In this document: piece after piece, positions 1 through 8,657 of the stretch
Layout: every line of letters starts with the position of its first letter
Position numbering within the stretch: position 1 is the first letter of the stretch
Assembly: GCA_043775015.1 (NCBI GenBank)
Contig: JAYVSV010000098.1
Location: 7,501 to 71,500, forward strand
Direction: 5' to 3'
Source: Verrucomicrobiota bacterium
Lineage (GTDB): Bacteria; Verrucomicrobiota; Verrucomicrobiia; Limisphaerales; CANJXF01
DNA length: 64,000 nucleotides
Notes under the pieces: model-generated
What the model was told of the DNA's origin: nothing
Database searches by the model: none
The model's input: the letters and a program-made list of their open reading frames with translations, nothing else
Program-made: the position numbers and the translations under genes

Positions 1-6
1 AAGCAA

Positions 7-1191
7 TTACTCTTCTTCAATCGATTCGACGGCTTCACGGATAATTTTCTTAAAGTTTTCGATGCTGGCGTCATCATACGCAGCGGAAATTGGCATCACC
101 GGAATCTTTGGAACTTTGCGTTTGAACTTCTTTAAATTTCCTTCAGACACCGCTTCATCCATTTTATTGGCCACGACCAGACGAGGTTTATCCAACATGG
201 TTGCATCGTAAAGTTCCAGTTCGCGCAGGAGCAATTTGTAATCGTCCCAGGGATCGCGCCCATCGGTCCCGGCCATATCCAGCAGGATGACCAGAAATTT
301 GCACCGTTTGATGTGGCGCAAAAAACCGTGCCCCAAACCGACATTTTTATGCGCGCCTTCGATCAATCCCGGCACATCGCAAACCGTCAGGCGAAAGAAA
401 TCTGCATACTCCACAATGCCGATTTGCGGGTGGAGCGTCGTGAAAGGATAAGCCGCCACTTTGGGGCGGGCCTTGGAAATCGCGGTAAGTAACGTCGATT
501 TTCCGGCGTTCGGATAACCGACGATTCCGACCTCGGCCACAGTTCGAAGTTCCAAACGATATTCGCCTTCATCGCCTGGTTCACCCGGTTGCGCAAATCG
601 CGGGGTTTGGCGGGTGGAGGTGGCGAAATTTCGGTTGCCCAATCCACCGCGTCCCGCTTTGCACAGAATAAATTGTTGGCCGTCATGCGTCAGGTCGGCG
701 ACGAGTTCATCGTCTTCATTGCTCGACGGAGCAGCGGCTTCGTTCTGGCCGTCGTCTTCCAAATTAAGCTCAACGGCCAACTCCGCTCCGGCGCGGCGAA
801 TCAGCGACCGCTTGTTCGAACTGGCCATCAACATCGTTTTTGGCTCTTCCTCCTCGGCATTCTCCTCATCTTCTTCCGGTTCGGGAGCGACGGACGGCAA
901 TTTCCAGACAAGCGTGCCGCACGGAACTTTGACGATTAAATCTTTTCCAGCGAGGCCATCCATCCCTTTGCCGCCGCCACCTTCGCCATTTTCCGCGATC
1001 AAACGAGGCCTGAAAAATTGTCCGATCAAATTGTTCAAATCATGATCGGCTTGAAGAATCACGTTGCCGCCGCGCCCGCCGTTGCCGCCGCTCGGTCCGC
1101 CTTTGGGGACGTAAGCCTCGCGCAGAAAAGCCACCGCGCCCTTCCCGCCGTGGCCGGCGCGCGCGTAAACTTTGATTTGATCGACGAACAT
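7..1191 (-). CDS. obg: GTPase Obg/CgtA
   Basis: The N-terminus MFVDQIKVY plus glycine-rich GGxGG repeats form the Obg fold. G motifs are GYPNAGKST, DVPGLIEGA and NKMD. There is an atypical acidic insertion at aa 97-163. Confidence 0.95.
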   Translation of the reverse strand: MFVDQIKVYARAGHGGKGAVAFLREAYVPKGGPSGGNGGRGGNVILQADHDLNNLIGQFFRPRLIAENGEGGGGKGMDGLAGKDLIVKVPCGTLVWKLPSVAPEPEEDEENAEEEEPKTMLMASSNKRSLIRRAGAELAVELNLEDDGQNEAAAPSSNEDDELVADLTHDGQQFILCKAGRGGLGNRNFATSTRQTPRFAQPGEPGDEGEYRLELRTVAEVGIVGYPNAGKSTLLTAISKARPKVAAYPFTTLHPQIGIVEYADFFRLTVCDVPGLIEGAHKNVGLGHGFLRHIKRCKFLVILLDMAGTDGRDPWDDYKLLLRELELYDATMLDKPRLVVANKMDEAVSEGNLKKFKRKVPKIPVMPISAAYDDASIENFKKIIREAVESIEEE

Positions 1192-1290
1192 AGGTTTCGG
1201 TTCTTAATCCCAATCTTGCTCTTAAATTTAATCCGCAGAAATCAGATTATGAGCAAGATCAGGATTAAGGTTTAGAGAAATTTAGAAAAC

Positions 1291-1317
1291 AAAAAAGGCG
1301 AGGCTTGCGACCTCGCC
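1291..1317 (-). terminator. Rho-independent terminator downstream of rpmA
   Basis: Minus strand reads ggcgaggtcgcaagcctcgcc followed by ttttttgtttt, 22 nt after the rpmA stop. Confidence 0.55.
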
Positions 1318-1338
1318 GTGAAAATCATTTCTGCGTGC

Positions 1339-1602
1339 TTAGTTGTTGGCCGGAGCAGGTGCGGGTAAAACATTCACGCGGCGGCTGTCTTTGTCGAAAG
1401 CAACTTTGCCATCCACCAAGGCGAACAACGTCCAGTCGCGACCGGTGCCGACATTCTTGCCTGCAACAAACTTCGATCCGCGTTGGCGGATGAGAATGCT
1501 GCCCGCTGTGACCACGTGGCCGCCGAATTCTTTTACGCCAAGCCGTTTGCTGACGCTATCGCGACCGTTCCGAACACTGCCTTGACCTTTCTTGTGTGCC
1601 AT
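1339..1602 (-). CDS. rpmA: 50S ribosomal protein L27
   Basis: [23 protein letters not shown] is the canonical L27 N-terminus; 87 aa. Confidence 0.97.
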   Translation of the reverse strand: MAHKKGQGSVRNGRDSVSKRLGVKEFGGHVVTAGSILIRQRGSKFVAGKNVGTGRDWTLFALVDGKVAFDKDSRRVNVLPAPAPANN

Positions 1603-1610
1603 AAAACTCC

Positions 1611-1922
1611 TTAAGCGTTAATTCCTGTAATTTTCACCACCGTCAGCTCCTGACGATGTCCCACCGTGCGGTGGTAACCTTTGCGGCGGCGCATTTTGAA
1701 TGCGATTTTCTTTTCGCCACGTTTATGAGCGACGACATCCGCCACCACTCCAGCGCCCGTAATGGTGGGTCCGCCGAAAGTGAACTTTCCTTCATTGCCG
1801 ACCATCAAGACGCGATCAAACGTAAAAGATTGACCCGCTTCCACGGGCAAACGTTCAATTTCCAAAGTGTCTCCGGCGACGACACGATATTGCTTTCCAC
1901 CGGTTTCTAATACAGCGTACAT
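1611..1922 (-). CDS. rplU: 50S ribosomal protein L21
   Basis: [14 protein letters not shown] is the canonical L21 start. I trimmed the 143-aa ORF to the internal Met at 1922 because the upstream 40 codons are not L21-like. Confidence 0.92.
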   Translation of the reverse strand: MYAVLETGGKQYRVVAGDTLEIERLPVEAGQSFTFDRVLMVGNEGKFTFGGPTITGAGVVADVVAHKRGEKKIAFKMRRRKGYHRTVGHRQELTVVKITGINA

Positions 1923-2035
1923 AAATTTTCCCATCAAAGGGACGGGGATAAAACCAAAAACGAACCCGAGTGTCAACCTCGGTTTCGAAAAGTCAGGTAA
2001 CGTGCTTGCGCAAATGAATTCGTCGAGAGACGTTT

Positions 2036-2878
2036 TCACCATGAAAACCGTGGCAGGTCGATGAATGACGCATTGATTCTAAAACCAGCAACGACTGAAA
2101 AAAGACCCAGTATCAGCAAAACTGCCCCTATTAAACGATTTGAACCATCCGGGTCTGTTGGTGGAATAGCCAATTTTTGTATTTGCACGGTTGAACAATA
2201 ATTGGTTTGAAGCAAACGTAATTCGTGAACGAAAAGGATGCGGTCAAATTTTTGCTTTTCATCCCAATAGGACTGCTCTTCTAACGAACGGTTCGTTGAA
2301 ACATCGCTTTGAATCTGAAATTTCTGGCGCAATAAACCAACTTTGGTTCGAAGTGCGGAAATCTGCTGTTCTTGCTCTTGGTAACGTTGTCTTTTTTCTT
2401 CTTTGACTAATTCATCACCATATTCGACGTAACATTTGGCTATTGTATTAGCGAGCAGCGCTGCTTCATCAGGAGTCTCGCTGGTAACGTCAATTACCCA
2501 GAAATGCGAATCGTGTCTTCCGCCGAATAAACACACATCCATTCGTTTCGCCAAAAGTCTGCCCCCATCTTTCAAATTCAAAGCCGCTGCAACATTGGTT
2601 AACACGGAGGTTTTAATCTCTTTAGCTACATCAACGATGAAATAAGGGTCGAAGCCACCATCATCGTAATAGATGCCAGGACGAACCTTTTCTTGGGGAG
2701 TGCAAACAACATTTATTTCTACCCCTGCTCGATATTTTGCCGGACTCAACAACAGCCACAATCCGAAGGCACAGAGCGCAAATCCAATGAGTAAGAGTGC
2801 AAGGTCAAGAATTGTCTCTTGTTGGAATTTCATTAAGCAGTGTAATTTATTGGATCCGTTTGCCGACTGCTCGTTCAA
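2036..2878 (-). CDS. Polysaccharide co-polymerase (Wzz/GumC-like chain-length determinant) family membrane protein
   Basis: Architecture is an N-terminal TM, then a ..VIDVTSETPDEAALLANTIAKCYVEY.. segment, a coiled coil, a Pro-rich stretch (PPTDPDG) and a C-terminal TM. This is the PCP layout. Assigned by motif memory only. Confidence 0.5.
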   Translation of the reverse strand: MNEQSANGSNKLHCLMKFQQETILDLALLLIGFALCAFGLWLLLSPAKYRAGVEINVVCTPQEKVRPGIYYDDGGFDPYFIVDVAKEIKTSVLTNVAAALNLKDGGRLLAKRMDVCLFGGRHDSHFWVIDVTSETPDEAALLANTIAKCYVEYGDELVKEEKRQRYQEQEQQISALRTKVGLLRQKFQIQSDVSTNRSLEEQSYWDEKQKFDRILFVHELRLLQTNYCSTVQIQKLAIPPTDPDGSNRLIGAVLLILGLFSVVAGFRINASFIDLPRFSW

Positions 2879-2919
2879 CCTCGTTGTCGTTATCTTTATT
2901 TACTGAGTCGAGAAATAAT

Positions 2920-4263
2920 TTACCGCCGCAACATCCCAGGCATTCCCCCGCCGCCCTTCATCATCATCTTTTGGAACTTGCCCATTTTTTTCATCATCTG
3001 TTGCATCTGGCCAAACTTATTCAGCAAATTATTTAGTTCGGAAACCTGCACGCCGCTGCCCTTCGCAATTCGTATCCGCCGTTTCGCATTGAGAATCGCC
3101 GGATTGCGCCGCTCCTGAAATGTCATTGCGCAAATCATTCCCTCCATGCGCTTGAATTCTTTTTCCTGTTTGCCCATGTCCGCGCCTTTCAACATTTCCG
3201 AACCGCCGGGCAACATCCCAACCACGCTTTCCAGTGACCCCAGTTTTTTCATCTGGCGAAGTTGCTCCAGAAAATCTTCGAGCGTGAATTGTCCCTTGCG
3301 CATCTTTTCTTCCATGCGCTTGGCGTCGGCTTCATCCACGGCTTCCGCCGCGCGTTCGACGAGGCTGATCACGTCGCCCATTCCCAAAATCCGCGAGGCC
3401 ATTCGTTCGGGGTGAAACGGCTCGAAGTCTTCCAGCTTTTCACCCACGCCGGCGAACTTGATCGGCTTGCCGGTCACCGATTTTAAACTCAACGCTGCGC
3501 CACCACGAGCATCGCCGTCCAGTTTCGTGAGAATGGCACCGGTGATATTCAGCGCCTTGTCAAAATGGCTGGCGACATTGACCGCTTCTTGTCCGGTGGC
3601 CGCGTCGAGGACGAGAAGAATTTCCTGCGGCTTCACCAAATCACGAAGACGAACCAATTCCTGCACCAGCGGTTCGTCAATTTGCAAACGGCCTGCCGTA
3701 TCGAAAATCAACGTGTTGCGATTGTTTTGTCGGGCGAAATCAAACGCGTGGCGCGCGATCTTCAAGACATCGGTTTCGCCTTTCATCACGAAAACCGGAA
3801 TATCCAGTTGTTTGCCGAGCGTTTCGAGTTGATCCATCGCCGCCGGACGATAGACATCCGCCGCGACGAGCAACGGCGTGCGCGCCTGTTTATGTAGAAG
3901 CCGGGCGAGTTTCCCGCTCGAAGTTGTTTTTCCCGAGCCGTGCAAACCAACCATCATCACGCAACTCGGATTGCCGGAAAGTTCCAGCGATTGATTGGTC
4001 GAGCCGAGCAGATCAACCAATTCATCGTGAATGATTTTGATGATTTGCTGGCCGGGTTGGATGCTTTGAATAACTTCTGCGCCGAGCGCCTTTTCCTTTA
4101 CGCGCTCAATGAAGTCGCGGGCGACCTTGAAATTCACATCCGCTTCCAGTAGTGCCATGCGAACTTCGCGCAGGGAATCGCCGACGTTGGCTTCGGAAAT
4201 TTTGCCAAGACCGCGCAAATTCTTGAAAGCATTTTGCAGCTTTCCGCTAAGAGAATCGAACAT
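2920..4263 (-). CDS. ffh: Signal recognition particle protein Ffh
   Basis: Motifs GLHGSGKTT, DTAGR and TKLDGDARGGAA, plus a Met-rich M-domain tail. Confidence 0.97.
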   Translation of the reverse strand: MFDSLSGKLQNAFKNLRGLGKISEANVGDSLREVRMALLEADVNFKVARDFIERVKEKALGAEVIQSIQPGQQIIKIIHDELVDLLGSTNQSLELSGNPSCVMMVGLHGSGKTTSSGKLARLLHKQARTPLLVAADVYRPAAMDQLETLGKQLDIPVFVMKGETDVLKIARHAFDFARQNNRNTLIFDTAGRLQIDEPLVQELVRLRDLVKPQEILLVLDAATGQEAVNVASHFDKALNITGAILTKLDGDARGGAALSLKSVTGKPIKFAGVGEKLEDFEPFHPERMASRILGMGDVISLVERAAEAVDEADAKRMEEKMRKGQFTLEDFLEQLRQMKKLGSLESVVGMLPGGSEMLKGADMGKQEKEFKRMEGMICAMTFQERRNPAILNAKRRIRIAKGSGVQVSELNNLLNKFGQMQQMMKKMGKFQKMMMKGGGGMPGMLRR

Positions 4264-4331
4264 GGGTTTTAAATTACGGCGCGAGATTAAAAGTGCAAAG
4301 GAAAAGGCCGTTCAAAAAATTATCAGTGCGC

Positions 4332-4420
4332 GGTAGGGCAAAGCTGCCGATTTGCCTCGGCTGTGAGACGGCTGACGGAAAAGTTGAATCAAGCGACGCA
4401 GCAGCGCCACCTTACCCTAC
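4332..4420. repeat. Imperfect hairpin element starting GGTAGGGCAAAGCTGC
   Basis: ggtagggcaaagctgc (4332-4347) pairs with ..gcagcagc..ccctac (4398-4420). The same 16-mer recurs inverted at 32339-32354. Confidence 0.6.
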
Positions 4421-4442
4421 AGATCGACGTGCTGAAAACATC

Positions 4443-4586
4443 GGGTGTGATTAAAAGTGGGAGAAGGAACGGAGCGCGGACATTTCTGTCCGCCGGGGCT
4501 TGGCTAAAATATCAAGCGCTCTGGGCGGAAGGACGCGCGGGCGGACAGGAATGTCCGCGCTCCGTCGCCCACTTTTAATCACACCC
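4443..4586. repeat. 144-nt GC-rich palindromic element (long imperfect hairpin)
   Basis: The outer 19-bp arms gggtgtgattaaaagtggg (4443-4461) and cccacttttaatcacaccc (4568-4586) are perfect complements. The inner arms acggagcgcggacatt[t/c]ctgtccgcc (4469-4494 and 4540-4565) have one mismatch. Each inner arm is itself a small hairpin (gcggaca..tgtccgc). Confidence 0.85.
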
Positions 4587-4658
4587 TAAAACATCTGCAA
4601 TCAGCCAACATTTGACACGTCCAATGAGTTTGGACATATTGCGCCGCTCAAATCGGTT

Positions 4659-4744
4659 GGTAGGTTATCCAAGTGGCCAAAGGGTGCAGACTGTAAATCT
4701 GTCGGCTAACGCCTTCGCTGGTTCGACTCCAGCACCTACCACCA
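4659..4744 (+). tRNA. tRNA-Tyr (anticodon GTA), CCA encoded
   Basis: Acceptor ggtaggt/acctacc, anticodon loop cagacTGTAAatctg, long variable arm, T-loop ggttcgactcc. Close to E. coli tRNA-Tyr from memory. Confidence 0.93.
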
Positions 4745-4777
4745 TTTTTCTGCGAGGTAATTACTGTTTGCTCAGAC

Positions 4778-5491
4778 TTAGATATACGTTAGCAAATGTG
4801 GATTCGTTAGGTGCGGTATTCCGTTAAATTCCACCAGCGAAAATCGGCCGCGTGAGAAAAGAAATTCGGAGTAAGCGGCGTTGCGGACTACCCAGCTCAA
4901 TTCCAATGTTTTTTCATCGTCGAGCTTTAGTGCAAATCCCATTGCGGCGGCAACGGGACCTCCGGAACTGAACACGGCAACTTTTTTTTGGCTCCCGGCG
5001 GCATCGGTTATTTTTGCAATCCCACGGTCAACCCGACTGCGGAATTCATGCCACGCCTCGAGATCGGGAAGATTCAATTCACGGCGCACCCACAGGCGCG
5101 TGATTTTTTGAAAAAGCCGGAGGTAATCGCGTTGTGCCGTATCGGAATCGCGTCGCAGTTTTTCCCTCATTTCCCGAATCGCGGGATCGCGTTGCATCAA
5201 TTCAGGGAGCGACCGGGTCAGAACGTCCTGTCCGCAATGTTCATCCAGTTCCGGCAATTCAACCGGCCCCGGCAAGGTCAACCCGCGTTCGCGATAGGCC
5301 GCTGCGACGGCTTCATGGGTTTGGCGGTGGCGTCGTCGTGGCCCGACATAAACGTGATCGAAGTTTAGATTTAATTTTGCCCAATGAATTCCCAACTCAC
5401 GAGATTGCTCGACTCCCCGCAGTGAAAGTTGATCGTAATCCTCGGCGTGAAAGGAGGCTTGTCCATGCCGAACGAAAAATAAAAGACTCAT
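4778..5491 (-). CDS. Histidine phosphatase (phosphoglycerate-mutase-like) family protein
   Basis: LLFFVRHGQASF carries the RHG catalytic motif. Start trimmed to the Met at 5491, 11 nt after the upstream SDR stop. Confidence 0.8.
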   Translation of the reverse strand: MSLLFFVRHGQASFHAEDYDQLSLRGVEQSRELGIHWAKLNLNFDHVYVGPRRRHRQTHEAVAAAYRERGLTLPGPVELPELDEHCGQDVLTRSLPELMQRDPAIREMREKLRRDSDTAQRDYLRLFQKITRLWVRRELNLPDLEAWHEFRSRVDRGIAKITDAAGSQKKVAVFSSGGPVAAAMGFALKLDDEKTLELSWVVRNAAYSEFLFSRGRFSLVEFNGIPHLTNPHLLTYI

Positions 5492-5502
5492 CGCGGTGAC
5501 AC

Positions 5503-6264
5503 TTATTCGGCGACGATTCCACCATCCATGACCAACGAATGTCCAGTGATGAACGCCGCCGCATCCGAGCAAAGATAGATGACCGCCTGGGCAATCTCTT
5601 CGGCCGTTCCCAAACGTCGCAATGGAACGCGGGAAATTAACTTCGCTTCGAGATCAGGTATTTGTCCCAGCATTCGCGTCAGCATCGGGGTGCGGGTGTA
5701 GGCGGGGCAGATGGCGTTGACACGAATTCCCGCCTTCGCATAGTCGATGGCCGCAGTTTTGGTCAAACCGATCACGCCATGTTTGCTCGCGGTGTAAGCG
5801 GCGTGTCCGGGAAAGCCAGTGACACCCGCGACGGACGACAGGTTGACGATGGCACCGCTGCCTTGCTTGACCATGATGGCAAGTTCGAATTTTAAACAAA
5901 GGAAAACGCCCGTCAGATTGAGGTTGATGACCTGATGCCAAACGTCCTCGGGATAATCGGCGGTGCGAGCGCGCACGCCGTCGATGCCCGCGTTGTTCAA
6001 CGCAAAGTCGAGTCGGCCAAAATTTTTCACCGCCGCCTGCACCATCGCTTCCACCTCGTTTGATTTCGTGACGTCAGCTTTCACGAAAATTGCCTGGCCA
6101 CCGGCTGAGGCGATCATTTGCACCGTTGCTTCACCTTCGCTCACGGTGATGTCGGAGACGACCACTCGCGCGCCTTCCCTGGCCAGCGCAATGGCGGAAA
6201 CCCGGCCCAAACCGGAAGCGCCACCCGTCACCAATGCCACCTTCCCTAAAAATTGTTGCGTCAT
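5503..6264 (-). CDS. SDR family oxidoreductase
   Basis: TGGASGLG cofactor motif, NNAG, and the YTASKHG (YxxxK) active site. Confidence 0.9.
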   Translation of the reverse strand: MTQQFLGKVALVTGGASGLGRVSAIALAREGARVVVSDITVSEGEATVQMIASAGGQAIFVKADVTKSNEVEAMVQAAVKNFGRLDFALNNAGIDGVRARTADYPEDVWHQVINLNLTGVFLCLKFELAIMVKQGSGAIVNLSSVAGVTGFPGHAAYTASKHGVIGLTKTAAIDYAKAGIRVNAICPAYTRTPMLTRMLGQIPDLEAKLISRVPLRRLGTAEEIAQAVIYLCSDAAAFITGHSLVMDGGIVAE

Positions 6265-6275
6265 GATTTGTTTTC

Positions 6276-7364
6276 TCAGTTGGTTGTCAGGCGTGTGATG
6301 CGTTTCTTTTCAATCGCGAGGCAGGCAGTCTGGCTGCCGGAGTGAACGAGGCGAATTAAATCCGCGAACCGCGCGTCTTGAGTCAGCCCTTGTTTGTAGC
6401 GTGCGTAAATTTGTTGGACGATCACCGCGATTTTGAACAGGCCGTATGCGTAATAAAAAACCGGGTTGCTCGCCTTGCGTCCGCTCTTCTCGCAATAGCG
6501 CGCCAACAGTTGTTCGCGATTCAAGTTGCCGGGCAGCGTCGTCATTCCGAACGATTGTTTCTGCCAATCGTCGGGATCGTCGGCATCCACCCAATAGCCC
6601 AAGGTCGAACCCAATTCCATGAGCGGATCGCCGATCGTGGCCATTTCCCAATCGAGCACTGCTTTGATCTGAGCGACGTCATCGGAATCCAAAACTAAAT
6701 TGTCGTATTTGTAATCGTTGTGAATCAAACAAGCGCCGGCATCGGCTGGTTTGTTTTCTGCGAGCCAAGTGGCGATGCGATCCATGTCGGGAATGTCATC
6801 CGTGCGGGCGTTTTGATAGCGCTTGATCCAGCCTTCCACCTGTCGTGTGATGTAACCTTCCGGGCGGCCCAGTTCACCCAATCCTGCGGCGACGTAATTC
6901 ACTCCGTGAATTTCCGTCAGGTTGTCCACAAAACTTTCTGAAATACGCCGCATCAACGCTGGCGGCAACTCCAATCCCTCCGGCGATTTTTTCCGCAGAA
7001 TAATTCCCTTCACCCGTTCCATGATGTAAAACGGCGCGCCCAAAACGGATTCATCTTCGCAGTAGGCGAGCGGTCGCGGAACTTTGGGATAAACGCCGAT
7101 GAGATGGGAAAGAATTCGATACTCGCGCCCCATGTCGTGCGCCGATTTGATTTTTGCGCCAAACGGTGGGCGGCGCAAAACCAACTCCCGCTCACCGACG
7201 CGCAGCAAATAGGTGAGGTTGGAATATCCTTTTGGAAACTGTGAGATTTCAATGCTGCCGCTCAATTCTGGAAGTGACTGGCGTAAATAAATTTCCAGTT
7301 TTCGGGCATCCAGTTCTTCGCCCGAGCGGGTTTTCTGCGGTTGATCGAGCAAGTCGTTCGGCAT
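6276..7364 (-). CDS. APH-fold phosphotransferase (ACAD10/11 kinase-domain-like, LvaA-like)
   Basis: HNDYKYDNLVLD (HxDxxxxN) and LDWEMATIGDP. It lies immediately downstream of an ACAD gene. Confidence 0.85.
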   Translation of the reverse strand: MPNDLLDQPQKTRSGEELDARKLEIYLRQSLPELSGSIEISQFPKGYSNLTYLLRVGERELVLRRPPFGAKIKSAHDMGREYRILSHLIGVYPKVPRPLAYCEDESVLGAPFYIMERVKGIILRKKSPEGLELPPALMRRISESFVDNLTEIHGVNYVAAGLGELGRPEGYITRQVEGWIKRYQNARTDDIPDMDRIATWLAENKPADAGACLIHNDYKYDNLVLDSDDVAQIKAVLDWEMATIGDPLMELGSTLGYWVDADDPDDWQKQSFGMTTLPGNLNREQLLARYCEKSGRKASNPVFYYAYGLFKIAVIVQQIYARYKQGLTQDARFADLIRLVHSGSQTACLAIEKKRITRLTTN

Positions 7365-7376
7365 ATTCGATCTGGG

Positions 7377-8576
7377 TTAAATCGAAATGTTGCAGCCGTA
7401 TTTTTTCAGGTGAATGCGTGCGACGACTGATTTGTGGACTTCATCCGGTCCGTCGTAAATGCGCGCGGCCCGTTCGTGCCGATACCAATGTGAGAGCACC
7501 AGGTCATCAGTCATGCCCAACGCGCCGTGGGTTTGGATCGAGCGATCCAGAACTTTTTGCAACACATTCGCGACGTAAAACTTGATGATCGAAATATCTT
7601 CGCGCGCGGCGCGGCTGCCTTCATGTTCGATTTTCTCGGCGGCTTGCATTACCAGCAATCTGGAGGCGTTGATTTCCGCGCGGCTTTCCGCGATCCATTC
7701 CTGCACGATTTGCCGACTGCCGAGCGGTTTTCCCGGCGCGAGCAGGCGCGTGGCGGCGCGTTCACACATCATTTCAAAAGCCCTTTCGCAAATGCCGATC
7801 CAGCGCATGCAATGATGAATTCGCCCCGGCCCGAGCCGTTGTTGGGCGATCTCAAATCCCTTGCCTTCTTCGCCTAATAAATTTTTCTGCGGCACGCGAC
7901 AATTCTTGTAAGCGATCTCCGAGTGGCTCACGTAATCCTCGCCTGCATCGCCCATGATTGAGGTGTTTCGCACACGTTTGAATCCCGGCGTATTCGTCGG
8001 CACAATAATTTGACTGGTGCGCGCGTACGGACTTTCAGCATCAGGATTGGTGATCGCCATGACGATGGCAAACGCCGCGCCGTCCGCTGCGGAAGTGAAC
8101 CACTTGCGCCCGTCGATCACGTAATCGTTGCCGTCCTTGCGAGCCTGAGTGTCCATCCAGGCAGGGTTTGATCCGGCGTAATCGGGTTCAGTCATCGAAA
8201 AACAACTGCGGATTTCCCCACGGGTCAGAGGAGTGAGCCAGGTTGCCTTCTGCTCCGGAGTTCCATACGTCATCAAGACTTCCATGTTGCCGATGTCCGG
8301 TGCCTGGCAGTTGAAAAGATAATGGCCCAAGGGCGTTCGACCCAACGCTTCGCTGATGCGAGCAAATTCGGGGAGGGAGAAACCTTGCCCACCCAATTCC
8401 TTCGGCAGGTGCGGTGCCCAGAGGCCCAGTGTTTTGACGCGGTTTCGCTTCTCATTGAGTTTGGGTAAAAGCTCGCGAAAAGGGCGGTGAAGAAAATCCT
8501 TTTCCAGCGGCAAGGCTTCTTCGTGAATGAATGCTTGAATTTTTTTGAGTGCTGAATCCAAGGGTTCGCTGGTCAT
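7377..8576 (-). CDS. Acyl-CoA dehydrogenase family protein (ACAD10/11 / FadE2-like)
   Basis: GLWAPHLP, NCQAPDIGNMEVL, GEIRSCFSMTEPDYAGSNP and DGRKWFTS match the ACAD10/11-type subfamily as I remember it. Confidence 0.88.
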   Translation of the reverse strand: MTSEPLDSALKKIQAFIHEEALPLEKDFLHRPFRELLPKLNEKRNRVKTLGLWAPHLPKELGGQGFSLPEFARISEALGRTPLGHYLFNCQAPDIGNMEVLMTYGTPEQKATWLTPLTRGEIRSCFSMTEPDYAGSNPAWMDTQARKDGNDYVIDGRKWFTSAADGAAFAIVMAITNPDAESPYARTSQIIVPTNTPGFKRVRNTSIMGDAGEDYVSHSEIAYKNCRVPQKNLLGEEGKGFEIAQQRLGPGRIHHCMRWIGICERAFEMMCERAATRLLAPGKPLGSRQIVQEWIAESRAEINASRLLVMQAAEKIEHEGSRAAREDISIIKFYVANVLQKVLDRSIQTHGALGMTDDLVLSHWYRHERAARIYDGPDEVHKSVVARIHLKKYGCNISI

Positions 8577-8657
8577 AGAGTTGACATAAAAATTATTAAA
8601 GCAGGAAAAAACTAAACCTGCCCTTGGCCGGATTCGAGAAAATTAATTCCATCGTGG

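Noticed and set aside
4363-4578. 71-aa ORF upstream of tRNA-Tyr
   Set aside because: It is encoded entirely by the two arms of the 144-nt palindrome, so it is an artefact of the repeat.
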